From Dendrobates tinctorius (lineage: Eukaryota): a DNA stretch of 64,000 bases. The stretch is taken from positions 3,038,001 to 3,102,000 of the forward strand of contig NW_027361792.1 of the NCBI RefSeq assembly GCF_039654945.1, written 5' to 3'. The position numbers and the translations under genes were made by a program. This document shows positions 1 through 28,301 of the stretch, in pieces (position 1 is the first letter of the stretch; the number at the start of each line of letters is the position of its first letter). Below the pieces are notes generated by a model. That model was not told the origin of the DNA. It searched no databases and was given only the letters and a program-made list of their open reading frames with translations.

Positions 1-430
1 TTGTTGGACACTAGGATGGGGGATGTTTAGGATTCTGGGGGACCACCCAAAATATATACCCATTGTGAATGCAGGACAGAGAGACAATAAGATCTAATAG
101 GCTATTGGTAAAAGACCCCATAAGAATTCGACCTTAGCGACAGGTGACCTCCAGAGGGGGTGGTCTTTTGCTGGACTTTTGTGGTCTTTTATTTTGTCAT
201 ATCCTGCACCCTTCAGAGGATGCTCAGGACTTCTGATTGGTCGTTTGATATCTTATCCAAAATTGGATGAAGTTTCTGTTCCATGACACCATTGTAACGA
301 GAGGTTCCTGACTGTCAGCGCTGCTACATCACTGGACTCTGCTAAATCGCCACAAGTTTGCCTCTTTACGTAATCGGCTCTGTTGTATTCCTCTGAAGCA
401 TCACCGTAAGTGAGTCAGTCTGACCAAGCC

Positions 431-1948
431 AGTACTGCTGGGCGCGGCACTGCTGGACTCTGCAGTACTGCTGGGCGCGGCACTGCTGGACTCTGCAGTA
501 CTGCTGGGCGCGGCACTGCTGGACTCTGCAGTACTGCTGGGCGCGGCACTGCTGGACTCTGCAGTACTGCTGGGCGCGGCACTGCTGGACTCTGCAGTAC
601 TGCTGGGCGCGGCACTGCTGGACTCTGCAGTACTGCTGGGCGCGGCACTGCTGGACTCTGCAGTACTGCTGGGCGCGGCACTGCTGGACTCTGCAGTACT
701 GCTGGGCGCGGCACTGCTGGACTCTGCAGTACTGCTGGGCGCGGCACTGCTGGACTCTGCAGTACTGCTGGGCGCGGCACTGCTGGACTCTGCAGTACTG
801 CTGGACTCTGCAGTACTGCTGGGCGCGGCACTGCTGGACTCTGCAGTACTGCTGGGCGCGGCACTGCTGGACTCTGCAGTACTGCTGGGCGCGGCACTGC
901 TGGACTCTGCAGTACTGCTGGGCGCGGCACTGCTGGACTCTGCAGTACTGCTGGGCGCGGCACTGCTGGACTCTGCAGTACTGCTGGGCGCGGCACTGCT
1001 GGACTCTGCAGTACTGCTGGGCGCGGCACTGCTGGGCTCTGCAGTACTGCTGGGCGCTGCACTGCTGGGCTCTGCAGTACTGCTGGGCGCTGCACTGCTG
1101 GTTGCTGCACTGCTGGGCTCTGCAGTACTGCTGGGTGCTGCACTGCTGGGCTCTGCAGTACTGCTGGGCGCGGCACTGCTGGGTGCTGCACTGCTGGTTG
1201 CTGCACTGCTGGGCTCTGCAGTACTGCTGGGTGCTGCACTGCTGGGCTCTGCAGTACTGCTGGGTGCTGCACTGCTGGTTGCTGCACTGCTGGGCTCTGC
1301 AGTACTGCTGGGTGCTGCACTGCTGGGCTCTGCAGTACTGCTGGGCGCGGCACTGCTGGGTGCTGCACTGCTGGTTGCTGCACTGCTGGGCTCTGCAGTA
1401 CTGCTGGGCGCTGCACTGCTGGGCTCTGCAGTACTGCTGGGTGCTGCACTGCTGGTTGCTGCACTGCTGGGCTCTGCAGTACTGCTGGGTGCTGCACTGC
1501 TGGGCTCTGCAGTACTGCTGGGCGCGGCACTGCTGGGTGCTGCACTGCTGGTTGCTGCACTGCTGGGCTCTGCAGTACTGCTGGGCGCTGCACTGCTGGG
1601 CTCTGCAGTACTGCTGGGTGCTGCACTGCTGGTTGCTGCACTGCTGGGCTCTGCAGTACTGCTGGGTGCTGCACTGCTGGGCTCTGCAGTACTGCTGGGT
1701 GCTGCACTGCTGGGCTCTGCAGTACTGCTGGGTGCTGCACTGCTGGGCTCTGCACTGCTGGGCTCTGCAGTACTGCTGGGTGCTGCACTGCTGGGCTCTG
1801 CAGTACTGCTGGGTGCTGCACTGCTGGGCTCTGCAGTACTGCTGGGCGCGGCACTGCTGGGTGCTGCACTGCTGGTTGCTGCACTGCTGGGCTCTGCAGT
1901 ACTGCTGGGTGCTGCACTGCTGGGCTCTGCAGTACTGCTGGGCTCTGC
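431..1948. repeat. 33-bp minisatellite built from 15- and 18-bp subunits
   Basis: Tandem AGTACTGCTGGGCGCGGCACTGCTGGACTCTGC; the right half switches to GGGTGCTGC/GGTTGCTGC variants. Confidence 0.95.
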
Positions 1949-4789
1949 CATCACATTTAGAGAAAACCTTTCAGCTGACTTCTTTTTACTTTAACAATAT
2001 ATTTCCTGCAATTGCTTCCGCCCCACTGATTTTGAGAACAGCTTTTCTTTTTTTTTGTGCGCCTCCATTCCAAACTTATGCCCTCCGGGAATTTTTCTCT
2101 TCGACCAACAGGACGTTTCGATTGGCCAGCATCAGAGGAGCAAAAGGAAATGCCGAGAAGTTCTGCCGTACAACTCCCGGATGGTTGAAGGAAAAAATTG
2201 CACTATTGTTACCGGGAGCAAAACCTTGGAACGGAGCGGAACAGAAAAAAGTGGAGGAAGTACCGTATTTTGTTTAAATTAAAAAAACGGCGTGAAATGT
2301 CCTCTCTAACTCTGGTTTGTCGGTCTTCCTACACCGAGTCACCAGCCTCGACCACCTCTGTTTCTCCAGATGCCATCCTGCCTCTAGTCTCTGTCGATTC
2401 ACCATGTTGCGTTTCGACCACTCGTCCGGATCCAAGGCTTGGAGCATCCACCTCACCAGCTGAGGGATACTACTCATGAACACTAGAAACTGGCAGGAGC
2501 CAGGTAAGATGGCTACCAACACCTAGATACGGCACCATAGGTAGGCGCCGATCACGTACTACCTAAAGCTGCCCCGTACCAGTACAAGTAACAGGGGCAA
2601 AGTCACAGAAGTTGGCACAATCAGATGATAGAGTAAGGAGGTCTCCTTAATCAAGCCATTGGAAACGCGTAGGCTCAGTACTTCATTTTGGTATGTTACT
2701 CAATATTCAATAAAGATGATTTTATGCATGTGGCCGGACTGAAGATGAATACTTGGGTTCTCATTGGAATGCTGTACAGGAGCATGGTCAGCGCCTTGGA
2801 TGAAGACTATTTACACCCAATCCTAGAACTTCTACTGCCCCGCCCCCAAAAATATATATATAAATAAAATTGAAGATTTCAAGAGGTTTAACCTACTGAA
2901 TATCCATCTATGTTAGGATGAACCAGGTGTGGATACTTAAAAGGAGGTCACAGGAGATACTTGTGGGCCAAATACTTGTGCGGCCATCTGCTCATCTCAT
3001 GGGAACGATCTGCTAAAGTTGTAAACTGCAGATTTTTAGCCACCACTCAGATCACTCCTCGAAATTGTATCAGTGATCGTTGGCCTTTCATAGAGTCACA
3101 TGGAGGTTCTTTTTTTTTTTCTTCGCCTGTTGAGATGAAGATTGATCTCACCGCTCCGTTACTTGGTCACAGTTACCCATCGCTGTATGACGCGTGTCTG
3201 TCTGGGCACTAAACTGATCGGTGAAGACGGCCGGCTTTCCCAGAAGACATAAAGGAACAGTGGACGCCTGGATTGCAATAAGCAGACTGAGGAGAGGTCA
3301 CCCTTGTCCGTTGGTTAGATCTGACTGTGTAAGGAGTCCGAGGTGAGAGTCAAAAATCCATAAACTGCGGTTAAACAGTCTGGTTTCCAGCGGGCAGCGC
3401 TCAATCAAAAAGGTCGTAGTCAAGCAAGGTGTCAGGAAAGGGGGCAAACAACCGGATCAGGGACACAATCGATAAAGGATAATCAATCTTCAGATTTGTT
3501 TTGGAAGTTCTGGTATTAAAGGAACCTTAAGCAATGAGAGTGTTCAACCGTAGCATTGGTGAAGGCCAAACACACAAGGAAATGTTGGTGGAACCCGGTG
3601 ATATTGAGGAGTTCGGATGACACAATGTATAAGGGGGTGCCGATCAACTGATCGTCAGGGGAGACCTTGATCTGGCATGTCAGATTTCAGACTGTCGAAC
3701 ACTTTATTCTTGTGGAGATCAGTCACTGGCAGACATATTCTTCTCGTAGAGAACACAGGAGAGCTCAGTTGCGCAAGAGCTCCGGTGTACAAAGAGCCGG
3801 CTGAAATGCTTGCCGGCGAAACGATTCACCCAAGAACCATCTAGTGTGTGTGGCCGACATAAGACTGGAGGACAGAGCGCACCCCAGTAACTGTACGCAG
3901 TGGTAAAGGCGTAGGAAAGATGGTCCATCAAGGTGGTCTACTTTTTCCCTGGTTGTAGAAGTGATTTTTGCGAAGAATTGACCCTTCTCCAACGAGCGTC
4001 TCCACACAACAGCCCACCGCAGACGATAATGAATATTTACAGAACACATAATACATTCATACACATTGCAACGAAGAAAAAAAACAAAAACACAAAAGGA
4101 ATTAAATCTATATTTTTCCACTTTTGCTACTTCGAAACGGCGATCTCCTGGGTATTCGCACGGTCTCGGGAGCTGATATTTTATTGAAATCTTTCTTTAT
4201 TGGAGGATTTTCTTTCTCTAATTGCTTTTTAATTTTGGAAGCAAGTTCTTCATGGTGAGTCCCGGAGGAGAGGAGACAGAATCTGAAGTAAGCAGATGCT
4301 GAGAACTTGCTGGTTAAGGACTGAGAACAGACACTGCACATCCACTTTGTGATTCCGGACTTTGGTTCGATAGTCTCTAATCTCCGCGCTAGGACTCCTT
4401 GGGACCTGAACAGTTTGAGGATTAGTAACAGAACGTCTATGCATCAAAAAGGAAGACGGGAGAAGACGTCAATAAACTGTACTGCAAAAACAGAGGTATA
4501 TCGGCAGATAAGGGCGTCCCTGCCCCCTGCAACATCTCTGATCTAGGAACCTGCGGAGACGCGAGGCTTCCACTGTGTGTAAGGAGGAAGCTCCCGAGAC
4601 ACCGAGTACGGCATTACCACCACCAAAAGGGAAGGAAAAGCCTCCGCTGGGAACCTCAGCCGTCAGACCCTCCAGCTGAAGGTGATGGCGCCTCCAAGTG
4701 ATCCACCGCTGCTTTCTGTGATGGGAACTGACTAACAGATTGTAAATGATCCCTGTGTTTTCAGACAACTTCATCTCAATAATCATCTT

Positions 4790-4985
4790 TATAACAATAA
4801 TCTTTTTTTTTTATATAGCGCTAACATATTCCGCAGCGCTTTACAGACATTATCATCACTGTCCCCGATGGGGCTCACAACCTACATTCCCTATCAGTAT
4901 GTCTTTGGAATGTGGGAGGAAACCGGAGAACCCGGAGGAAACCCACGCAAACACGGGGAGAACATACAAACTCCTGGCAGATGAT
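4790..4985 (-). mobile_element. V-SINE/SINE2-type fragment
   Basis: Reverse complement reads GGAGTTTGTATGTTCTCCCCGTGTTTGCGTGGGTTTCCTCCGGG...CCCACATTCCAAAGACATAC (V-domain-like) and ends in a GCGCTATATAAAAAA tail. Confidence 0.75.
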
Positions 4986-5142
4986 ACATTCACCACATTC
5001 ATTATTACTTATCAATTTATCGACTGACGCAAATCACATTACGTATAATTAAGTTCTCTGGATCCGGAAAAATCCCTTTCAGTGCCGTCCACTAGGGGAC
5101 TCCCTTCTGTCTAACTTGCCATCCTGTGTAGAGGATCACAGG

Positions 5143-6704
5143 AAGTGGGCGGGTCTATGCCTCAATACAAGTGGGCGGGTCTATGCCTCAATACAAGTGG
5201 GCGGGTCTATGCCTCAATATAAATGGGCGGGTCTATGTCTCAATACAAATGGGCGGGTCTATGCCTCAACACAAGTAGGGGGGTCTATGTCTCAATATAA
5301 ATGGGCGGGTCTATGTCTCAATACAAGTGGGCGGGTCTATGTCTCAATACAAGTAGGGGGGTCTATGTCTCAATACAAGTAGGGGGGTCTATGTCTCAAT
5401 ACAAGTAGGGGGGTCTATGTCTCAATACAAGTGGGCGGGTCTATGCCTCAATACAAGGTGGCGGGTCTATGCCTCAATACAAGGTGGCGGGTCTATGCCT
5501 CAATACAAGGTGGCGGGTCTATGCCTCAATATAAATGGGCGGGTCTATGCCTCAATACAAGTGGGCGGGTCTATGCCTCAATATAAATGGGCGGGTCTAT
5601 GTCTCAATACAAGTGGGCGGGTCTATGCCTCAATATAAATGGGCGGGTCTATGTCTCAATACAAGTGGGCGGGTCTATGCCTCAATACAAGTAGGGGGGT
5701 CTATGCCTCAATATAAATGGGCGGGTCTATGTCTCAATACAAGTGGGCGGGTCTATGCCTCAATACAAGTGGGCGGGTCTATGTCTCAATACAAGTGGGC
5801 GGGTCTATGCCTCAATACAAGTGGGCGGGTCTATGCCTCAATATAAATGGGCGGGTCTATGCCTCAATACAAGTGGGCGGGTCTATGCCTCAATACAAGT
5901 GGGGGGTCTATGCCTCAATACAAGTGGGCGGGTCTATGCCTCAATATAAATGGGCGGGTCTATGCCTCAATACAAGTGAGCGGGTCTATGCCTCAATATA
6001 AATGGGCGGGTCTATGCCTCAATACAAGTGGGCGGGTCTATGCCGCAATACAAGTGGGCAGGTCTATGTCTCAATACAAGTGAGTGGGTCTATGCCTCAA
6101 TATAAATGGGCGGGTCTATGTCTCAATACAAGTGGGCGGGTCTATGCCTCAATACAAGTAGGGGGGTCTATGCCTCAATATAAATGGGCGGGTCTATGCC
6201 TCAATACAAGTGGGCAGGTCTATGTCTCAATACAAGTGAGCGGGTCTATGCCTCAATACAAGTGGGCGGGTCTATGCCTCAATACAAGTGGGCGGGTCTA
6301 TGCCTCAATACAAGTGGGCGGGTCTATGCCTCAATACAAGTGGGCGGGTCTATGCCTCAATACAAGTGGGCGGGTCTATGCCTCAATACAAGTGGGCGGG
6401 TCTATGCCTCAATACAAGTGGGCGGGTCTATGCCTCAATACAAGTGGGCGGGTCTATGCCTCAATACAAGTGGGCGGGTCTATGCCTCAATACAAGTGGG
6501 CGGGTCTATGCCTCAATACAAGTGGGCGGGTCTATGCCTCAATACAAGTGGGCAGGTCTATGCCTCAATACAAGTGAGCGGGTCTATGCCTCAATACAAG
6601 TGGGCGGGTCTATGCCTCAATACAAGTGGGCGGGTCTATGCCTCAATACAAGTGGGCGGGTCTATGCCTCAATACAAGTGAGCAGGTCTATGCCTCAATA
6701 CAAG
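5143..6704. repeat. 26-bp minisatellite (about 60 units)
   Basis: Tandem AAGTGGGCGGGTCTATGCCTCAATAC, decaying to about 6840. Confidence 0.97.
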
Positions 6705-7959
6705 AACTGTGTGGGTCTATGCCTCCGTACAAGAGGAAGAATCCATGCCTCTATACAAGAAGTGGGTGGGTCAATGCCTCCCTAGAAGTGGATCGGTCTA
6801 TGCCTTACTACGAGCGGGCGGGTCTATGCCTCTACACATGCCTTCCTTCAAGAAGAGGTGGAAGATCTTTGTGTCTCTACAGGAAATGGTGGTCGATTTT
6901 GGTCATTCTGCTATTTTCCTTTCCGTCATACTACATACATACAACAGTTCTGGGCAGGTGAGTCAATGAACAATGGCAAGAGCTATGTATGTTGTAAAGA
7001 GAGGAAAAGAAATTCCAGCTCCTATAGTGCTGGAAGAATGTTAACGAAGAGGAACAGCCTAAGTGTAAATTACAAGGTTCAGATCACAAGAAATGTGCCA
7101 ATTCTGCATATTTTCGACTGGTAAGTATCAGACATCATCATGATGAAGAGTTCGGATCAATCTTTGCGCGTAAGATTTTGCTAGAATGTGGTTGAGATTT
7201 GTCGGAATTTGGTGAAAGTTTCAGTTCTGTGCATTTACCTGTATGGTACGATGACTCGGCCATGAATGTTACCCAACACCAGACAATGAGATGAGAGGAA
7301 GCCCCCGGGACGGTCAGAGGAGACCACACCTGATGATCAGGCTACTGAGCAGGGGGTGGACGCGGATTTTTTCGGCAGGCATCTTAGAAGTCAGGTTAGA
7401 CATTGCAGATTACAAAGTTCATTGCCAGCGCGGCCAACATGAATGAGAGGAGGAAACCAGCGGAGGGTGGACTGGATCGGATTGCTGCCCATTGACGTCC
7501 CTTTATGCGTCTCTCCCCGGGCGCGTCCGTCTCAGGCTCCGCTCTGGCCTCTCCACTGAGACAGAACAAGGCTTGTTTTTAGGACTGTGGCTGATGACCG
7601 GTATCTGAGACCGGCAGCCGAAACCTTAGTTGCACGGAGAAGCTGTGATACCACCAACCTAGACGAAGCGCAGAAAAGCGCCCCAGTCATGGGACAGGGC
7701 GACTCATTCATTCGCTCCGTACGAGGGTTAAAGATCATCCAACGACGGCTCACACCTAATAATGTCTATGGTAAAGTTCCATTACTCCGGAACGCTGCAA
7801 TCTGGAGATCCTGAAGATCCGGCACCGAACCATAGAGTATACCGAGGGGAGAAGGTTGGGGCAATATGAGCCATGATGTATGTATGCCCATCACCTCTCA
7901 GCACCGCCATGGTGGAGAAGAAGTGTCCACTCACCACCAAGGCTGAAAATGATGCAGCA

Positions 7960-8430
7960 CCTAGGGGAGACATCGGCACCTGGGGGAGACAGCGGTGACT
8001 GCGGAGAGACAGGCGTGGACAGCGGCACCTACGGGAGACAGCGGCACCTGTGGGAGACAGCGGCAACTGTGGGGGGACAGGCATGAACATCGGCACCTGG
8101 GGGAGACAGCAGCATCTGCGGGAGGACAGCAGAATCTGGGGGAGAAAGAGGTGTGAACAGCGGCACCTGGGGGGGGGGGGGGGACAGCGGCATTTGGGGG
8201 AGACAGCGGCATTTGGGGGAGACAGCGGCATCTGCGGGAGACAGCGGCATCTGCGGGAGACAGCGGCATCTGCGGGAGACAGCAGCATCTGCGGGAGACA
8301 GCGGCACCTGTACCAGGGTGGAAAGAGGTGTCTGCGGATGGGAACAAAGGCATCTGTGGCGGGACAGTGGTATCTGCGGGGGGACAGTGGTATCTGCGGG
8401 GGAACAGCGGCATCTGTGGAGGGACAGAGG
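7960..8430. repeat. Degenerate 19-20-bp G-rich minisatellite
   Basis: Repeated GGGAGACAGCGGCA(T/C)CTG. Confidence 0.85.
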
Positions 8431-8767
8431 AATGTGACAGCAGCTATCTCCCCTCTTCCCATTAAGAATATATGAATACTCGGCCGAGCTCTGCGCTCGT
8501 GTGTATAGGGGGATCCTGAGAGATGGCCACAGCCCCACATGGCCCATGGCAGCGCGTGGACAATCTGCCACTGTGAATGATACTCCGCAACGGCTTGCTG
8601 CGGCTAGCTGCCATATGGAGTGAGGCCTCTGTGGACTACTTTCTGCCAGCGCTTTGTACTACAAATAATCAGCAGAGACTCAGATTCTGGCTTCGTGTGG
8701 AGACTAACAACACTGGAATCATCAGCTACAAGGACAATCCCTCTAACTGACCCAGCGTGTCCGTGCA

Positions 8768-26075
<17,308 letters not shown>

Positions 26076-26424
26076 GTTGTGTGTGGCAGGGAAGTGTTTC
26101 AGCACCATGGACGGAGTGCACAGGCTATATACATGTGTGTACCCCACCCTAGAGATCAGATCTCTATGGCAATGGCCACCTCCAGTTCTGCCATCTCAGG
26201 CCTCCACCAGGAGCCTCACAGGAGACTTTTCATATTGATAACACCAGTGTTAGTTTCTGCTCACTCTGGAAACCATCAACAAGTAGGGTGATTCCTGCTG
26301 AAAGATCTCATTGTCCATTGATTTTTAGCTTCCATTTTTATTTTACATTTTCTCCAGGTCAATTTGGTTACGGCGATACCAAAAAAGTCATCATATACAG
26401 TATATAATGTATATGTGTGTATAT

Positions 26425-26875
26425 TGTGAGAATCATGTGGGAATAGTGGATGAGGGCAGGTATATCTCGCCCAGATTCCTTTCCTATGTGGCCTAGTCTG
26501 GTCAGTATCTCACCTGGTGACTGATGAATAATGGGAGGCGGATATAAAAGGATGCCAGGTGGTTGTGTGAGTGTCTCAGCCTGGGAACACAGAGAGCCTG
26601 TCTGTGTGAGAGACACACGTGAGTGAGAGCAGTGCCCACTGCAACTGTGGTTTGGCTGGACGGGAGAAGCCCGCCAGTTGGTAGTTAGGTTGTACCTTGT
26701 TTAGTTAGTGCCGGACAGGCAAGGATTTGTTTGATTTCTTTATGCATTGCTTTCACCATTAATAAACCTGACCCAGTGTCAGTTATACCCGGACCCCGGC
26801 TGTGCGCCTGAGTTTCATGCTGAACGCACGTGACCTTTGACCCCAGCAAAGGCGATCCCGGAGTGTTTTATCACA
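26425..26875 (+). repeat. 5' LTR
   Basis: Direct repeat of 31182-31639; TATAAAA at about 26542 and AATAAA at 26761. Confidence 0.95.
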
Positions 26876-26878
26876 TTG

Positions 26879-26898
26879 TGGTGGAGAACGCGGGCATC
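26879..26898 (+). other. Primer-binding site (tRNA-Ala-like)
   Basis: TGGTGGAGAACGCGGGCATC 3 nt after the LTR; complementary to a vertebrate tRNA-Ala 3' end with one mismatch (from recall of the tRNA sequence). Confidence 0.75.
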
Positions 26899-26909
26899 AC
26901 GTGGGAAGC

Positions 26910-28301
26910 ATGAGCATGGAGGACGTGGTGAAAGCGCTGGTACAGTCCACCGCCGTCCAGCAAGAAGCTAATTGGGTGATGATGGCCCAGCTGAAGGAGT
27001 TGGTGGACATGACAGTTACCGATCGTTCGCTTCTCCAGCAGGTGGCGCAGCGCCTGGCAAGCTTACCTGAGGTTAACCTGGAAGCCGAGTCGAGAGTGAT
27101 TCATGTGAGTCGGTACTGGCAGAAGATGACGACCGAAGATGACGTTGAGGCATACCTGACCACGTTTGAACGGACGGCGGTGAGAGAAAAATGGCCGAAG
27201 GCACGATGGGCCGGCCTGATTGCCCCGTTTCTTTCCGGTGAGGCCCAAAAGGCTTATTATGACTTAGAGCCTGAAGTCACGCAGGACTTTGACAAATTGA
27301 AAGCCGAGATCTTGGCCCGGCTGGGAGTGACGACCGCTGTTCGTGCACAGAGAGTGCATCAATGGACTTATCAGCCGGATAAACCACCGCGGTCACAGAT
27401 GTTCGACCTGATCCACGTGACGAAGAAGTGGCTACAACCCGAGGTGTTGACAGCGCCAGAGATAATCCAGAGAGTCGTCCTGGACAAGTACCTGAGAGCT
27501 CTACCGCCAGCCCTGAGGAAGTGGGTAAGCCATGGAAATCCTACGACGGCAGATCAACTGGTGGATCTGGTTGAACATTACTCCGTGGCGGAAGGACTCC
27601 GAGACGACGCTACCCCACCTCGTTCTTCATCATCTCCACGTGGAACCGGTAAGACTGTTCCAGGGAGTAGGGGAGATGGAAAAATCCCTAAGACAGTGGG
27701 GGAGGAAAACGGGACTGCCCGCACTGCGAGGCCGAGAGTAACGAACTATGGTCTAAGCAAGGGGCCCGTTAGGTGTTTCCGCTGCCAAGAGATGGGACAC
27801 ATTGCTGCGAACTGTCCGGTCACTACTGAACCCATGCAGTGCGACGTCACAGACTCTAAAAACCGCATGTCTATGGTTGCACGTGTAGTGAGTGTGAATG
27901 CCGGTCAAAAGGATGCGGAAAAACACTTGTGTGATTTAACTGTTGATGGCAAAAATGTGGTGGCATTGTTAGACTCGGGAAGTGTGGTGACTCTGGTGAA
28001 GGCCGGTCTGGTGTCAGCCCCGACTGGACCATCAGACAAATTTTCTGTAACGTGTGTGCATGGAGACACCTGTTCGTACCTCACCACGGTCATATGCATT
28101 ACTACTTCCTATGGGTCTGTGCAACATAAAGTGGGACTCGTCCCGGCGTTATTGCATGATGTTATCCTGGGCCGGGATTTTCCCCACTTCTGGCAATTGT
28201 GGGAGAATCAGTTGATACCCCAGGGTAATAGTGTACATGATTCTTCTCCCAGGGCGCGTGTGGGTCCCGAACCCCTGGAAGATGTCTCCCCGGAAGACTA
28301 G
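26910..28301 (+). CDS. gag: Gag (SCAN-like capsid, CCHC knuckle) plus aspartic protease
   Basis: DDVEAYLTTFER, KKWLQPE...VVLDKYL, CFRCQEMGHIAANC, ALLDSGS, VILGRDF. Confidence 0.92.
   Translation: MSMEDVVKALVQSTAVQQEANWVMMAQLKELVDMTVTDRSLLQQVAQRLASLPEVNLEAESRVIHVSRYWQKMTTEDDVEAYLTTFERTAVREKWPKARWAGLIAPFLSGEAQKAYYDLEPEVTQDFDKLKAEILARLGVTTAVRAQRVHQWTYQPDKPPRSQMFDLIHVTKKWLQPEVLTAPEIIQRVVLDKYLRALPPALRKWVSHGNPTTADQLVDLVEHYSVAEGLRDDATPPRSSSSPRGTGKTVPGSRGDGKIPKTVGEENGTARTARPRVTNYGLSKGPVRCFRCQEMGHIAANCPVTTEPMQCDVTDSKNRMSMVARVVSVNAGQKDAEKHLCDLTVDGKNVVALLDSGSVVTLVKAGLVSAPTGPSDKFSVTCVHGDTCSYLTTVICITTSYGSVQHKVGLVPALLHDVILGRDFPHFWQLWENQLIPQGNSVHDSSPRARVGPEPLEDVSPED

Noticed and set aside
401-1960. Mucin-like 500-aa ORFs (SSAAPSSTAEP and others)
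   Set aside because: Several frames on both strands are open because the 33-bp unit lacks stops; there is no unique coding flank and no convincing splice site on the minus strand.
2370-7125. Plus-strand splice-like signals (about 2370-2501, 4254, 6958, 7121) and AATAAA sites
   Set aside because: No open, phase-consistent exon chain could be built; a non-coding transcript or UTR cannot be excluded.
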